Shown here one piece after another: positions 35,457 through 45,900 of a DNA stretch of 64,000 bases; positions within the stretch are counted from its first letter, which is position 1; every line of letters starts with the position of its first letter. The notes under the pieces were generated by a model. That model searched no databases, had not been told where the DNA came from, and was given only the letters and a program-made list of their open reading frames with translations. The translations under genes and the position numbers were made by a program. The stretch lies in sequence record OR413585.1. One strand, written 5' to 3'.

Positions 35457-35645
35457 ATGGCTGGAGAACTCGGTCGTGGGCAAGCCACAACGTTCATGTA
35501 TCGTGATGGGTTAGGTGCGGATGTAAACATGTCTCCGGATGACGAGATGGTTATCCCTGGACTTGACCCGGACGCAGGTGTGGAAGGTGGCGTTGACCCG
35601 TCGAAAGACGACGACAACTGCACCGGTGGTGCGTGCAAGATTTAA
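35457..35645 (+). CDS. 62-aa acidic peptide resembling the NrdA C-terminal redox tail
   Basis: SD GAGGA; ends PSKDDDNCTGGACKI; followed by a terminator. Confidence 0.75.
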   Translation: MAGELGRGQATTFMYRDGLGADVNMSPDDEMVIPGLDPDAGVEGGVDPSKDDDNCTGGACKI

Positions 35646-35654
35646 AATACGTAT

Positions 35655-35689
35655 TAGGGTGTCCATATGGACACCCTACTTATTTTTTT
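35655..35689 (+). terminator. intrinsic terminator
   Basis: TAGGGTGTCC-ATAT-GGACACCCTA plus T-tract. Confidence 0.8.
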
Positions 35690-35707
35690 GTTTAAGGAGC
35701 TATCAAA

Positions 35708-36664
35708 ATGGGCGAACGTTTCATTATCCAGATTCCGTATAACGTTATTGTTGAACCTAATCAGTACCTGGCACAGATTAATGAGCTTCTGGCTGGATTC
35801 TGCCAACGTCAGTTTGTTAAACCGTGGTCCTTTGAGAAACTGTACACCCTGTGCGTGAACAGTGAAACCGGTCACACTTACGTCGAAGGTAAAGTCTTCA
35901 CAGGCGACCAGCGTTTGGAAATAAATGATTTCGAAATGCCGTGGACGTTGGAAGGTGTCGAGTATCGTGGTACGGTTGATCGCCCGCGTTACGTGCCTTT
36001 GTACACCATCCCACAATGTATTACTAACGTTATGGGTTGGTCTAAAGCGCGTGGTATTCTGGATAACGGCGTCTGGTATAGCCAAGCCACCAAACTCTAC
36101 GAAGAAGACGGTGAAGCAGCAACCGGCATCAGCAAAACCAAAGAACGTCTTATCATGGACGGCCTAGGCGATGCAATGGTGGTACTGGTTAACGTCAACG
36201 CCTTGGTAGGTATGCCATCCAAGTTGGTTTCTGTCATGCTGTCCCGTGGGCGCGCACGTCTCGAAAAGAACGTTCCATTTGGCGATGCCCATCGCTTGTT
36301 CCACAAAATGCGATTGGCCTTCACGTTGATGCACGACATTGTCTATCAAGGGGCCGATCGTCGTAACCAGCACCAGGGCACTTATCGTTTTACCGAGAGT
36401 GACGACGATCTGATTATCGAATACGAAGAGCAGATGACCGTGGCACTCTATTACATGGAAGCACTGGCGCGAGCGTACAACATTACCCTGGAACAGTGCT
36501 TCTCACTGGCTTGGGATGAAATCAAAGACCGTAAGGGTTTCCTGAACGCGGACGGTATCTTCGTTAAAGAAGCAGACATGACCGCTGCTGAAATCGAAGT
36601 AAACGGTTCCCTTACTGTAAAAGATGAGGCGCTTACCGATGGCGAAGAAACTGTTCACGGTTGA
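35708..36664 (+). CDS. mazG: MazG-like NTP pyrophosphohydrolase with N-terminal extra domain
   Basis: WSKARGI..SQATKLYEEDGE..DGLGDAMVVL..LEQCFSLAWDEIKDRKG..GIFVKE. Confidence 0.8.
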   Translation: MGERFIIQIPYNVIVEPNQYLAQINELLAGFCQRQFVKPWSFEKLYTLCVNSETGHTYVEGKVFTGDQRLEINDFEMPWTLEGVEYRGTVDRPRYVPLYTIPQCITNVMGWSKARGILDNGVWYSQATKLYEEDGEAATGISKTKERLIMDGLGDAMVVLVNVNALVGMPSKLVSVMLSRGRARLEKNVPFGDAHRLFHKMRLAFTLMHDIVYQGADRRNQHQGTYRFTESDDDLIIEYEEQMTVALYYMEALARAYNITLEQCFSLAWDEIKDRKGFLNADGIFVKEADMTAAEIEVNGSLTVKDEALTDGEETVHG

Positions 36665-37061
36665 TTACGATGAATACGTTGATCGTTTACTGGTCAACAA
36701 TATCGTCTGGGAAGACCACGGTCTAATGCCATGGCATCTGAAACTCCTAGCGGAGCGTTCAGAACAATGCGGTGGTTTGGAGTTCGTACTCACCGACACA
36801 CCAATTCCGGTACCTCATATTGCGCCGGTAGAAAATCTGTACTTCTTCGATGCTAATGTGAAGTTATTACAGCAGGTACTCTATACGCATGACTGGCGTG
36901 GTGGTTGTCAGTTCCCAGAGAACGTTCTAAAGCTCTCTGAGCGCTTCGGCACCGACATTGCATACTGTCAAACGTTCCCAAAAGACTTGGGACGAAACAG
37001 CGTGGTACTGTGGTATTACCCTCCGGTAAAAGACATCGTGAAAGTGATTATCGAACGCTAA
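36639..37061 (+). CDS. hypothetical protein
   Basis: ATG 36639 with SD GAGG. Confidence 0.7.
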   Translation: MAKKLFTVDYDEYVDRLLVNNIVWEDHGLMPWHLKLLAERSEQCGGLEFVLTDTPIPVPHIAPVENLYFFDANVKLLQQVLYTHDWRGGCQFPENVLKLSERFGTDIAYCQTFPKDLGRNSVVLWYYPPVKDIVKVIIER

Positions 37062-37116
37062 AAATAAAAGCAAACGAGTACCCCTAACGGGGTACTCGCG
37101 TTACTTATTTTTTTTT
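37060..37116. terminator. bidirectional terminator
   Basis: CGAGTACCCC-TAAC-GGGGTACTCG with A-run and T-run between convergent genes. Confidence 0.85.
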
Positions 37117-37117
37117 G

Positions 37118-37669
37118 TTACGCTTGAGTCATGTCGGAGATGTCATAAACCAGACCGTTCAACTCAGTAACGGTGATCAGTTTACTGATATCGACACCAT
37201 CGCTCGGAACTTCGGTCAAATAAACTTCAACCGTACCCGTCCACGCCAGTGACTTTCCATTGAAACGCAAATTGTGTTTCGTGGAAGACGTCATTGACTC
37301 GTTTGCGTAGATCTCCGATACGTCAATCATCCAGTTATACTTAGCCTGCAATAACGGGACAAGATCAGCAGCAGTAGATGCGCTACTACCGTCCACAGAC
37401 AGCACCACGTTTTCAAACAGGTGGGCTACGTCCAATCGACGGTAAGTAAGACCCATCTTACCAAACGTACCTTTCTCAACGATACCAGAAACATCGAGAC
37501 TGGTGTTCAGTCTGGTGTACTGTTCTGGGTCAGGATCGGCTGCGGTGATGTGCGACGGGTTACCGAACGACAATTTATCGATGGTCACGCCCTTACCAGT
37601 CAGTCCGGGATTCTGGGACACGATAAGATCGTAAACCAACTCTTTTGCGGTCTTTCCAAATAAACTCAT
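37118..37669 (-). CDS. virion structural protein (tail/baseplate-associated)
   Basis: downstream of the TMP operon; LVYDLI..NP..LTYRRLDV type N-terminal domain seen in jumbo phage tail proteins. Confidence 0.6.
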   Translation of the reverse strand: MSLFGKTAKELVYDLIVSQNPGLTGKGVTIDKLSFGNPSHITAADPDPEQYTRLNTSLDVSGIVEKGTFGKMGLTYRRLDVAHLFENVVLSVDGSSASTAADLVPLLQAKYNWMIDVSEIYANESMTSSTKHNLRFNGKSLAWTGTVEVYLTEVPSDGVDISKLITVTELNGLVYDISDMTQA

Positions 37670-37691
37670 AATGCGCTACCTCTGTGGTGTA

Positions 37692-39953
37692 CTATCGCGC
37701 TTGTGGTAGGAAAATGTTCGCGATTTGTCGTGCCGGTATGATATCTAACGCGGCGTTGACGATGCTGCCCTGTGACCAGGCACTTGCCCAGTTCTGCGCC
37801 CAGATAGACGCGTTGATTTTAGCCTGCGCGATACCGTTGGTACGCTCGTAAAGCGTGGCAGCACCCAACACAGACATAAATTCACTGAACTTGTTATCAT
37901 CATCAAACACACCAATATCAGTTACAATCGGCATGTACATAACACGCGACAGGTCACGAATAGTTACCTGTATATCACACGACAACGGCAGACCGTCAGC
38001 ACGCCACCCTAACCCACCTGTACCAAACTGGAGACTCAAGTTAGTTACCATGGCATTACGCATGGAATAACGACCACGAGAATAACACTCCAGATAGAAC
38101 GGGTGCGTAAACGATTGTTTACCGGTTGCTAACGGGCAAACTGCCGCTAACCAGAACGACAACGGGACAATCAGATCCTGGAACACATCTAAGTCGTTAC
38201 CCGACCAACAGCGAAGGGGAATGCTTAGCGAGATATCGTCACCTGAGGTGTCTGAGGAGTCCCACACTTCCGGGAAGTCAATCACTGACGAGTTGTACAG
38301 CGACATAATCCCTGATAAATGCAAGAAATCGAGCGCGCCTGTAAAGGCGGACTTCAACCCAGTAATGAGACCATCGACTGCGTCGAAACCAGTCTTACCA
38401 CCAGAGAGGTTTACTTCCAAAGAACGTGCTTTCTGTGTGGCGGAGTTAACCGTGCCAGAGATTTCAGGTTCTTTGGTGGTGTTGGAGAACGAACGCCCTA
38501 CGGTATCACGTCCATCAACACGCCAAGTAATCCACTGCGAACCATTGCGTATCTCCGAAGCGATGTTCGAAGTTAACCCATCCATAGCGCCTTCTAAAAT
38601 ATCGATATAGTCTTTGAAGACGCTACCGACAGATTCTTTCTGGCCTTGGTCCATCCAGTTTTCAATCTTCCCAATGTCGAGATTATTCTCATCCATTGAG
38701 TTTGCTTCGGTCTGACTTTTAGCAACCTGAGCCTGGTTCTTTTCAACCTGTGCCATACGCTCGGCAAGCTCTTTACGTTGCGCATCACCTTCGTTTTCGA
38801 AGTTTTCAGCTTTACCTCCTTGTGACTGAGCATCCTGAATGCTTCCGTTCATCCCTGCTACCAGTTCGTCTTCTTTGTTATCGACGTTTTCAAAACCGGC
38901 ATCGTACCCTTTACCGGCTTTGGCTACGTATTCAAGGTTACGTAAAGAAACCTCGTACTGCGCAGCTTTCTCCAAATGGGTTGTTGAGTACGTCGCTTCC
39001 AGATAGAAGTTTCGCAAACGTCGAGCCATGTCCTCTTCGTTACTCGACTCTTTACGAATTTTATCGATGGTTTTCGCCTGGTAGTTGGCTAATGTTTGGT
39101 AGCGGTTAATCATTCGATAGATATCGAACTCACCATCAGCTGTCCAGATTTCTGGCAGCATGGAGTACCACTCTTTGCGGTCGCCGTTGTACTTATTAGC
39201 AGTACCGCCTTTCTCAGACCCATCTACAGCATTAGCAAGCTGGAAAGTCCCTAACACACCCGTTGGTACCAATCGGCGATAAACTAACTGGGTGTTGACC
39301 ATATTCTGCACAGCGCGCAGATACAAGTGCATTGTCGGTTTCACGTAGTAGTAGCGAGAAGTCTGCTTGTTCAGCACCATCTTCAACATACGTGGTGTAA
39401 TTAGAATAACCGCAAAGGCGACCGTACCTACCGCGGCCCATATTGCTGCGGCGGCAACATACGTCCCCATCGCACGTAACATACCTGGGTAGTCACCTGT
39501 GCGCGCCAGATACGCTAGGTTGGAATCGTACATATTCGCGAAGAATGCAGCGACCCCGATATATCGAGGTTTACCGAAACGACAATGAAGATAAAAACTG
39601 TTTTGGTTAATAGCTTCGTAATAGAAAGTCCCTAGACGATAGGAACCACGTTGGTCTTGACCTTTAACGTACTTTGAGTACGAGCCACGACCTGCATCAG
39701 GTTGTGCAAAAGCACCTGTTGAACTCGGATCAGCAAACATCGTAAACTGCGGCGGCGCATTTAACGCTTGCGAACCACCCATCGTGGTATCTTCAAACGA
39801 GAGCATCGCGTTAGAGTAACGACGCAAACCCAGGAAACGCTCATCGCGTTGTGCGGTTGTACCGCCAAACAGGCCGGTTACCCATCCTGAATCTTTTAGT
39901 TGTCTTGCTTCCACGTAAAACCTCTCTGTAAGATGATTAGGGGGTGTTGCCAC
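37692..39953 (-). CDS. virion baseplate/tail hub-type protein (phiKZ gp182-like by synteny)
   Basis: 753 aa, directly downstream of the TMP; start uncertain. Confidence 0.65.
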   Translation of the reverse strand: MATPPNHLTERFYVEARQLKDSGWVTGLFGGTTAQRDERFLGLRRYSNAMLSFEDTTMGGSQALNAPPQFTMFADPSSTGAFAQPDAGRGSYSKYVKGQDQRGSYRLGTFYYEAINQNSFYLHCRFGKPRYIGVAAFFANMYDSNLAYLARTGDYPGMLRAMGTYVAAAAIWAAVGTVAFAVILITPRMLKMVLNKQTSRYYYVKPTMHLYLRAVQNMVNTQLVYRRLVPTGVLGTFQLANAVDGSEKGGTANKYNGDRKEWYSMLPEIWTADGEFDIYRMINRYQTLANYQAKTIDKIRKESSNEEDMARRLRNFYLEATYSTTHLEKAAQYEVSLRNLEYVAKAGKGYDAGFENVDNKEDELVAGMNGSIQDAQSQGGKAENFENEGDAQRKELAERMAQVEKNQAQVAKSQTEANSMDENNLDIGKIENWMDQGQKESVGSVFKDYIDILEGAMDGLTSNIASEIRNGSQWITWRVDGRDTVGRSFSNTTKEPEISGTVNSATQKARSLEVNLSGGKTGFDAVDGLITGLKSAFTGALDFLHLSGIMSLYNSSVIDFPEVWDSSDTSGDDISLSIPLRCWSGNDLDVFQDLIVPLSFWLAAVCPLATGKQSFTHPFYLECYSRGRYSMRNAMVTNLSLQFGTGGLGWRADGLPLSCDIQVTIRDLSRVMYMPIVTDIGVFDDDNKFSEFMSVLGAATLYERTNGIAQAKINASIWAQNWASAWSQGSIVNAALDIIPARQIANIFLPQAR

Positions 39954-39962
39954 CCCCTACGA

Positions 39963-42900
39963 TTAGCTTGCTTTCCGACTTACGTTTAACGACGGTGTCG
40001 GTTGGGTTATTTCCTGCCTACGTGCAGCTGAGCCCGGAGGAGGCACATTTGCCGCTTGCTGGATACTACCACCCCGTGTGTCGTTTGCCGCTCTTGGATT
40101 TGATTTCAAAATATCACGAATCTCTTTCAAGTAATCGCGAGACTGAATCAGTACCTTGAGCTGCTGAACATCTATCGGGTCACCATTCAGCGTTGGCGTC
40201 GATGCTGTAGCATCAGAAGTTGGGGCGGCAATTGGACGAGCTGCTGCGTTAACCTGCGCTTCCGCGCCTGCTTTCACTTTAGCAACATCCGTCGCAGACA
40301 ATCCTTCTGCTGCAGCTTGCGACGCTACGGTTTCGGCCGTTGTTGAGGCATCGGATGTTCCGGTACCGCCTGTGGTTGGTGTAGGTGCTGCTGGTCCTAC
40401 ATTACCTGCGGCGGTAGCCATTGCATCTTGTGCCGCCATGGCCCCTTTCTGCGTCAATGCGTCATCACGACGATTAGCATTATCTGCTGGCAGGTTATCT
40501 GCCGGTGACAGACTCGGGTCATTAGCGGCCGGTGCACCCATTGCTGCTGCCGGGTTGGTTGGTGAATTAGGCGACAAGCCTGCAACCATATCCTTCGTCT
40601 TGCTCGGATCGGCAGCGACTTCGTTGGCGGAAATTGCGCCCATGCGGCGGTTCAGTTCCTGAATAACCCCGTCTACGCTACGTATACGACCGTTGCTGTA
40701 GAAGACGTTGGCATTCCCTCTCAATATTGCGGATGTAATCCCAGGAGCACTCGATGCCGCCATATTCGGATTACGCTTCCATGCTTCCAGGAATTTCTTA
40801 CCGCCGCCTGCACCCAGGAAGTGGTACAGATAAGCCACGGCTGGAGGTGGTGCTTTACCACCCAGGTCACGTTGTGCTTTTTGGATGTTGTCACGAATGA
40901 ACTGTACACCCAAAATAGCATTCGCCCACGGGTCCATTTGGTTAACACGCGGAATACCAAACTTCCGCGAATACCCCTTCATCATCCCGTCCCACGTGCC
41001 GTTAACGAACTGGAACAACCCAGACGCCGAAGCATACGGGTTTTTAGCGGTGTAGTTAAATCCGGACTCCGCCTTAGCCATTGCTAACGCCACTGCAGGT
41101 GGCACGCCCATCATGTTCGCCGCATCGGTAATCAATGCTTTGATATTCGGAACGTTCAACGCACCCTTTCTACCCAACATTTCTATCGGGTATTTTTCAG
41201 CCAGTGACTTATAATCACCGTCTTTCACATCACTCAGGTTAATCGAAGACGAACCAGTGGTCATTGCAGCGTAGTTCCGCACACCACCAACCGCATCGAC
41301 GACTTGACCCAAGTTACCCGGCACACCACCACTCGTACCCGATGGAATGTAGCCTGAGGCGCGAGCACCGTCAGATGACAAAGAATCTCCCGAACTGATG
41401 TTCGAGTCTTCTTCATCTTCACCGGTAACTTCCAGAGAACTGCGGTTCTTGTTACGATCCTTCCAGCGTGCACGCTTGCCATTATTTTTAATGGCTTTAA
41501 TCATGTTACGCACGGCAAGGTCAGCTTCTTTTGACAACAGCTTCAGCGTTTCCAGCTCGGCTTTGATAGACGATGGGTTCGTGTTAGCATCGCCCCCTAA
41601 TGGGTTGATATTCACTTCCCACACCGACTGTCTTATACCGCCTTTCAAGCTGTAGGCAGTTGACATCATCAAACTGATTTCGTACAGGTAGCCGCCGGTC
41701 AGTTTCAAGTTCAGCGGATCGGCTGTTGGCAGGTAACGCTTCACCCCAACCAAATACGTCATGAATACCGGTAAGAAACGGTCAAAGAACCACCGTTTCA
41801 AACGATCTTCTTTCGGTGTACCGATGGCGTCTGGAACCATCGAGGCGATTGCTTTCTTCCAGTCGCCTTTGTAGCTTGCGGTTTTCACGTCAATGTCTTT
41901 GATGACGTTCTTCTCGAATACCGTAATCAACGTGCGTGTGGCGTTGTCGATGGTGGTAAAACCATAAGTCTTCCAACGCACCGACTCCATCGCATTCATG
42001 TCTTTCTGGTCGAGCACCGCGTTCCAGTCTACCTGAATCTGAACCTGCTCTGTTCCGTCTTCCCAACCTTCTACCTTCGCCAGATTTTTATTACGTTCGT
42101 TATCCAACTGTCCAAGTTTGTTGATAGCTTCATCAACACCCGCGGACTTAATCCCCTCCACGGCCGGTGCCATTCCGTACTTACGTGCTTTCTTATCGTC
42201 CATTCTGAACTTGATTGCACGCTCGACTTCATTCTGCACTTCCATAACCTCTTCACCGCTCAAAAACTCCTTCGGTGTAAAGGTTACGACGTCCCAGGCC
42301 TTCGAGAAGAAACCTTGGTTGACTTTGCGTGGGTCAGTTAACGAAGAGAACGCTTTCGCATCCTTAGTCATCTTCATTTTGTTGAAGAGTGTCTGCATGT
42401 CCTCTTTCGATACTTTCTTAGCATCGCCGACGTCAGCCAACTGGATACTATTCGGCATTGATTTCAGTGCCGTAATCCAGCGGAGATAAATCGGAATAAA
42501 GCGCTGAAGCATAAACGCTTGGAAGGCCAACATCTCGCCTTTTTCCTCGACGTTAATACCGAACCCTTCAGCTAACTTCTGAACGTCTTTTCCACCTAGC
42601 CCACGGAGACTGGCTTGGCCATCTTCCGCGTAAGACACATACTCACGCAATGCGTCTTCTAAGTAACGCGCTTTCGCCCCGTCATCCGACGACCACTTAT
42701 CGTAATCACGGAAACCGTACTGAGCTAAACGCATCTTATCCAGGTACTGGGTATAGGTAGTCGTTGCGATCTTGTACGCGGCGTAACCTGCCGCGGCGAT
42801 CGCACCACCGATAAGAATTGCCGGCCAGCCCACTGCTGTCACGACGGCAGATGCCGCAGTTGCCACAGCGGACACCGCGGGTGCCGCCAAACGGGTTACT

Positions 42901-45900
42901 GCGAACTTACCAACATTCCACGCAGCCTTACCTAAAAGACCTACGGGTTTTAACACACCCCATTTCGTGATAGAACCGAGTATATTACCCACAGTTCCCA
43001 AGATACTGACGATGGGACCGATGATAGGTAAGCCTTTCACCATATCCCACAGACCGCCAGATTTCCCTTTGGAGCCCTGCGCTTTCTCTTTCTTCTCCTT
43101 ACGTTTCTCACGCCAACGTTTGAAGAAGTTAAAGTAGTCGCGTTTTTCATCACTTTCAGGTGGCTTGTTACGTTTACCGAACTTCGCAAACATGGTACGG
43201 ATGATGCCATCGTCACCGCCTGCACGGGATACTGATTCGCGCATGGTGTTAAACCATGACATCTCTTGCAAGCCAATCATTCGGTCCAAGCGTTCAAACA
43301 ATCTTGCACCTGCAGATTTGGCAGCGTTCTTCCCTTTGTTGATAACCCGACCTGCTGCATCGCGCGCGGTCTCAAGGTCGTCCTTCGCGTCACCGTAGAC
43401 TTTACGGCCAGAAAGACCACCTTTCGCGTTCAGATGACTGCGATAGAATTCAGCGACATCATCATCGCGTCCTGCCAATCGACGTTCAACTTCGTAGCGT
43501 GTAGCAATGTCGTGTCGTGCTCCACGATATCCGTCGAGCATATCCCCAGCCCGGCCTCGGAAACCACTGAACCAACCACGCAGGCGGTCACGTCCACGAC
43601 CAAAGAACGCTTTTGTTCTTGACCAACGCCCACCAAAACGTTCAGACAACGACGATTTCGCACGATCATACGCCCCGCGTACTGCACGACCGATCGTACT
43701 ACCGCCACCCCCGACGCCCTTCTCCATTTCCTCTGTCCAACTTTCGTCTTCCGGATCTCCCGGTAAACGTTGGTTCAACAGTTTATAGATACGGATAAGG
43801 ATGTGGTTGGTTTTCTTGCCGGTTGATGAGAAGAGACTGAAACCACCACCCCCACCATCTTTACGGCCTTTCCACCAACGTGTTAGTGGGTTGTCGGTAA
43901 TCATGTCTTTCAGACGATCGACACCACGTTTCGCAAAACCGAGCACTTTACCCGGTAAGCTCGTTACACGGTTGAACGCTTTCTGGAGACGTGTCTTTTC
44001 TTCGCCTTCCGGAATCTCGTTCAGCCAGTCCTTAATCTTACCAACGATGCTGCCTGCTTTCGGTGACAGGAAATCCAGGAACCTTTTCGGTAGCTTAGCC
44101 ACCTTATTAAAGCCTAAGCCGATCTTACTGGCCAGACCTTGGGTCAGTGCTTGGATTTTCCCGCCTTTATAGTAGCGGAGTTTACCCGCAGCGGCTAAGT
44201 CAGCGGCTGCTAATATCAGATTACCTGCGGAGTCAACAATATCACTCCCCAGCTTGATGTCGTCCAGCGTTTTCAGCTGAACCATTTTACCATCAATGAC
44301 CTGATAGTATTCTCCAGCTTCCAGACGTGCACCTTGCAGAACAACATTACCATGGTCATCGTAAACGTCACGGATACCCAGTAGTCCTTTACCGAAAGAG
44401 CTTACCGCTTCAAAGCCACCACGGACACTACCGCTGATAAGGCCACGCATCCGGGTTAAGAAACCAGGACCTTCTCCGCCACCCATTCCTGCGACTTTAC
44501 CGCGTGCCCAGCCACCGAACTGGTTCAGTTTATTCCAGGCACCCTTAACACCACGTTTCGCAAAGCCACCGATTCCTGCTGCGGTGTCGAACAACACACC
44601 ACCCCAACGACGAATAAGCCCATCCTCACCGATGATAATACGACGGCGTCTACCGCCACCGCTACCACCGCCAGGGCGAGGCGGACCCATTTCTTCATCA
44701 CCAGAACCAGCACCCCCTGCTAACGAAGCCAGGAGAACCCCTTCTTCGTCCATACTTCTGACGTGTTCCAGAATTTTCTGGAGGGTGGCACTGTTGTTGT
44801 TACCACGAATCGCTTCGATGATACCGTCAAAGTTATTCCGTGGTGCTTCTTCGCCACGGTTACGTTGACTCAACAATTCAACAAAGTTAGTCGAAGTTTC
44901 ACCGTAGAGAACCGCGGCTAGCTGCCGAGGCGACATTCCGCGGCCTTTACCACCGCCACGTAAAGCCGGCGGTAACGACGTGTCATCGGCACCACCACTT
45001 GCCCCTTGGTTCATTCGGCGCAGATAGTCGCCTAACGCCGAACCATTTTGCAGCTTACGTTGAATCTCCTGGTCACGAGTCAATGCGCGCCCGCTGCGTG
45101 TCTTACCCATTGCCAAGTCATTAAACAAGGTATAGGGATCGGACAGGTCTTTATCCACGCCGAAGGTGTCACTCTTCGCGTCGTAGTTAAAGATACCCGC
45201 ATCACGCAACGCTCGCTCGCCGTAAATATTCACCGCCTCGTCGATAATTGCCTGACGTTGGGTGATAGATGACTGCACTGTGGAGATTTTGCGAGCCAGT
45301 TCGTTACTTAATTCGTTGCTACCACCAGTAAGACTGTCTGAATGCCCCTGTAACGCTTCCTTAATGCGTTCTGCGGCGTTTCCTGGCATATACCGATGAA
45401 GATGCATCGGGTCTTTCAGAATCGCTTCTACGTCGAATGCGCGGCCCTGCGAGGCACGTGACTCGATATAGTCGGCAAGATGCTGTCGATCCTTCTGCGA
45501 GAGCGTTTTGCCACGGTCAACAAAATCCACAGTGCTGTTAATGGAATTTTGGAGACGCAGGCGCTGCTCATCGTTTGCAACCGCTTTGCGTACACGGTTA
45601 CCGACCACTTTGCGGTCTACGAAACCACGACTGGTGATGTCGTATTCCAGATCGGCATGTTCGCCATAGCCACGACGAACAGATTTGTTAATCTCTGCCA
45701 GCCAGGCAGGAATAACTTCAACCAGGCTAAGATACGCTTTACGGTCAAACTTCGCCGAACGACTTAACGTTTCGCCATTACGCTCATCGAGGAAGGCTTT
45801 CTCACGGTTTAACGGTTGGACAATACCGAGTTCATTCAGTACCCGGAACAAATCCGCCAAAGGTCCTTGCGTTTCGCCTGCGATAGCTGAGTTCGAGATA

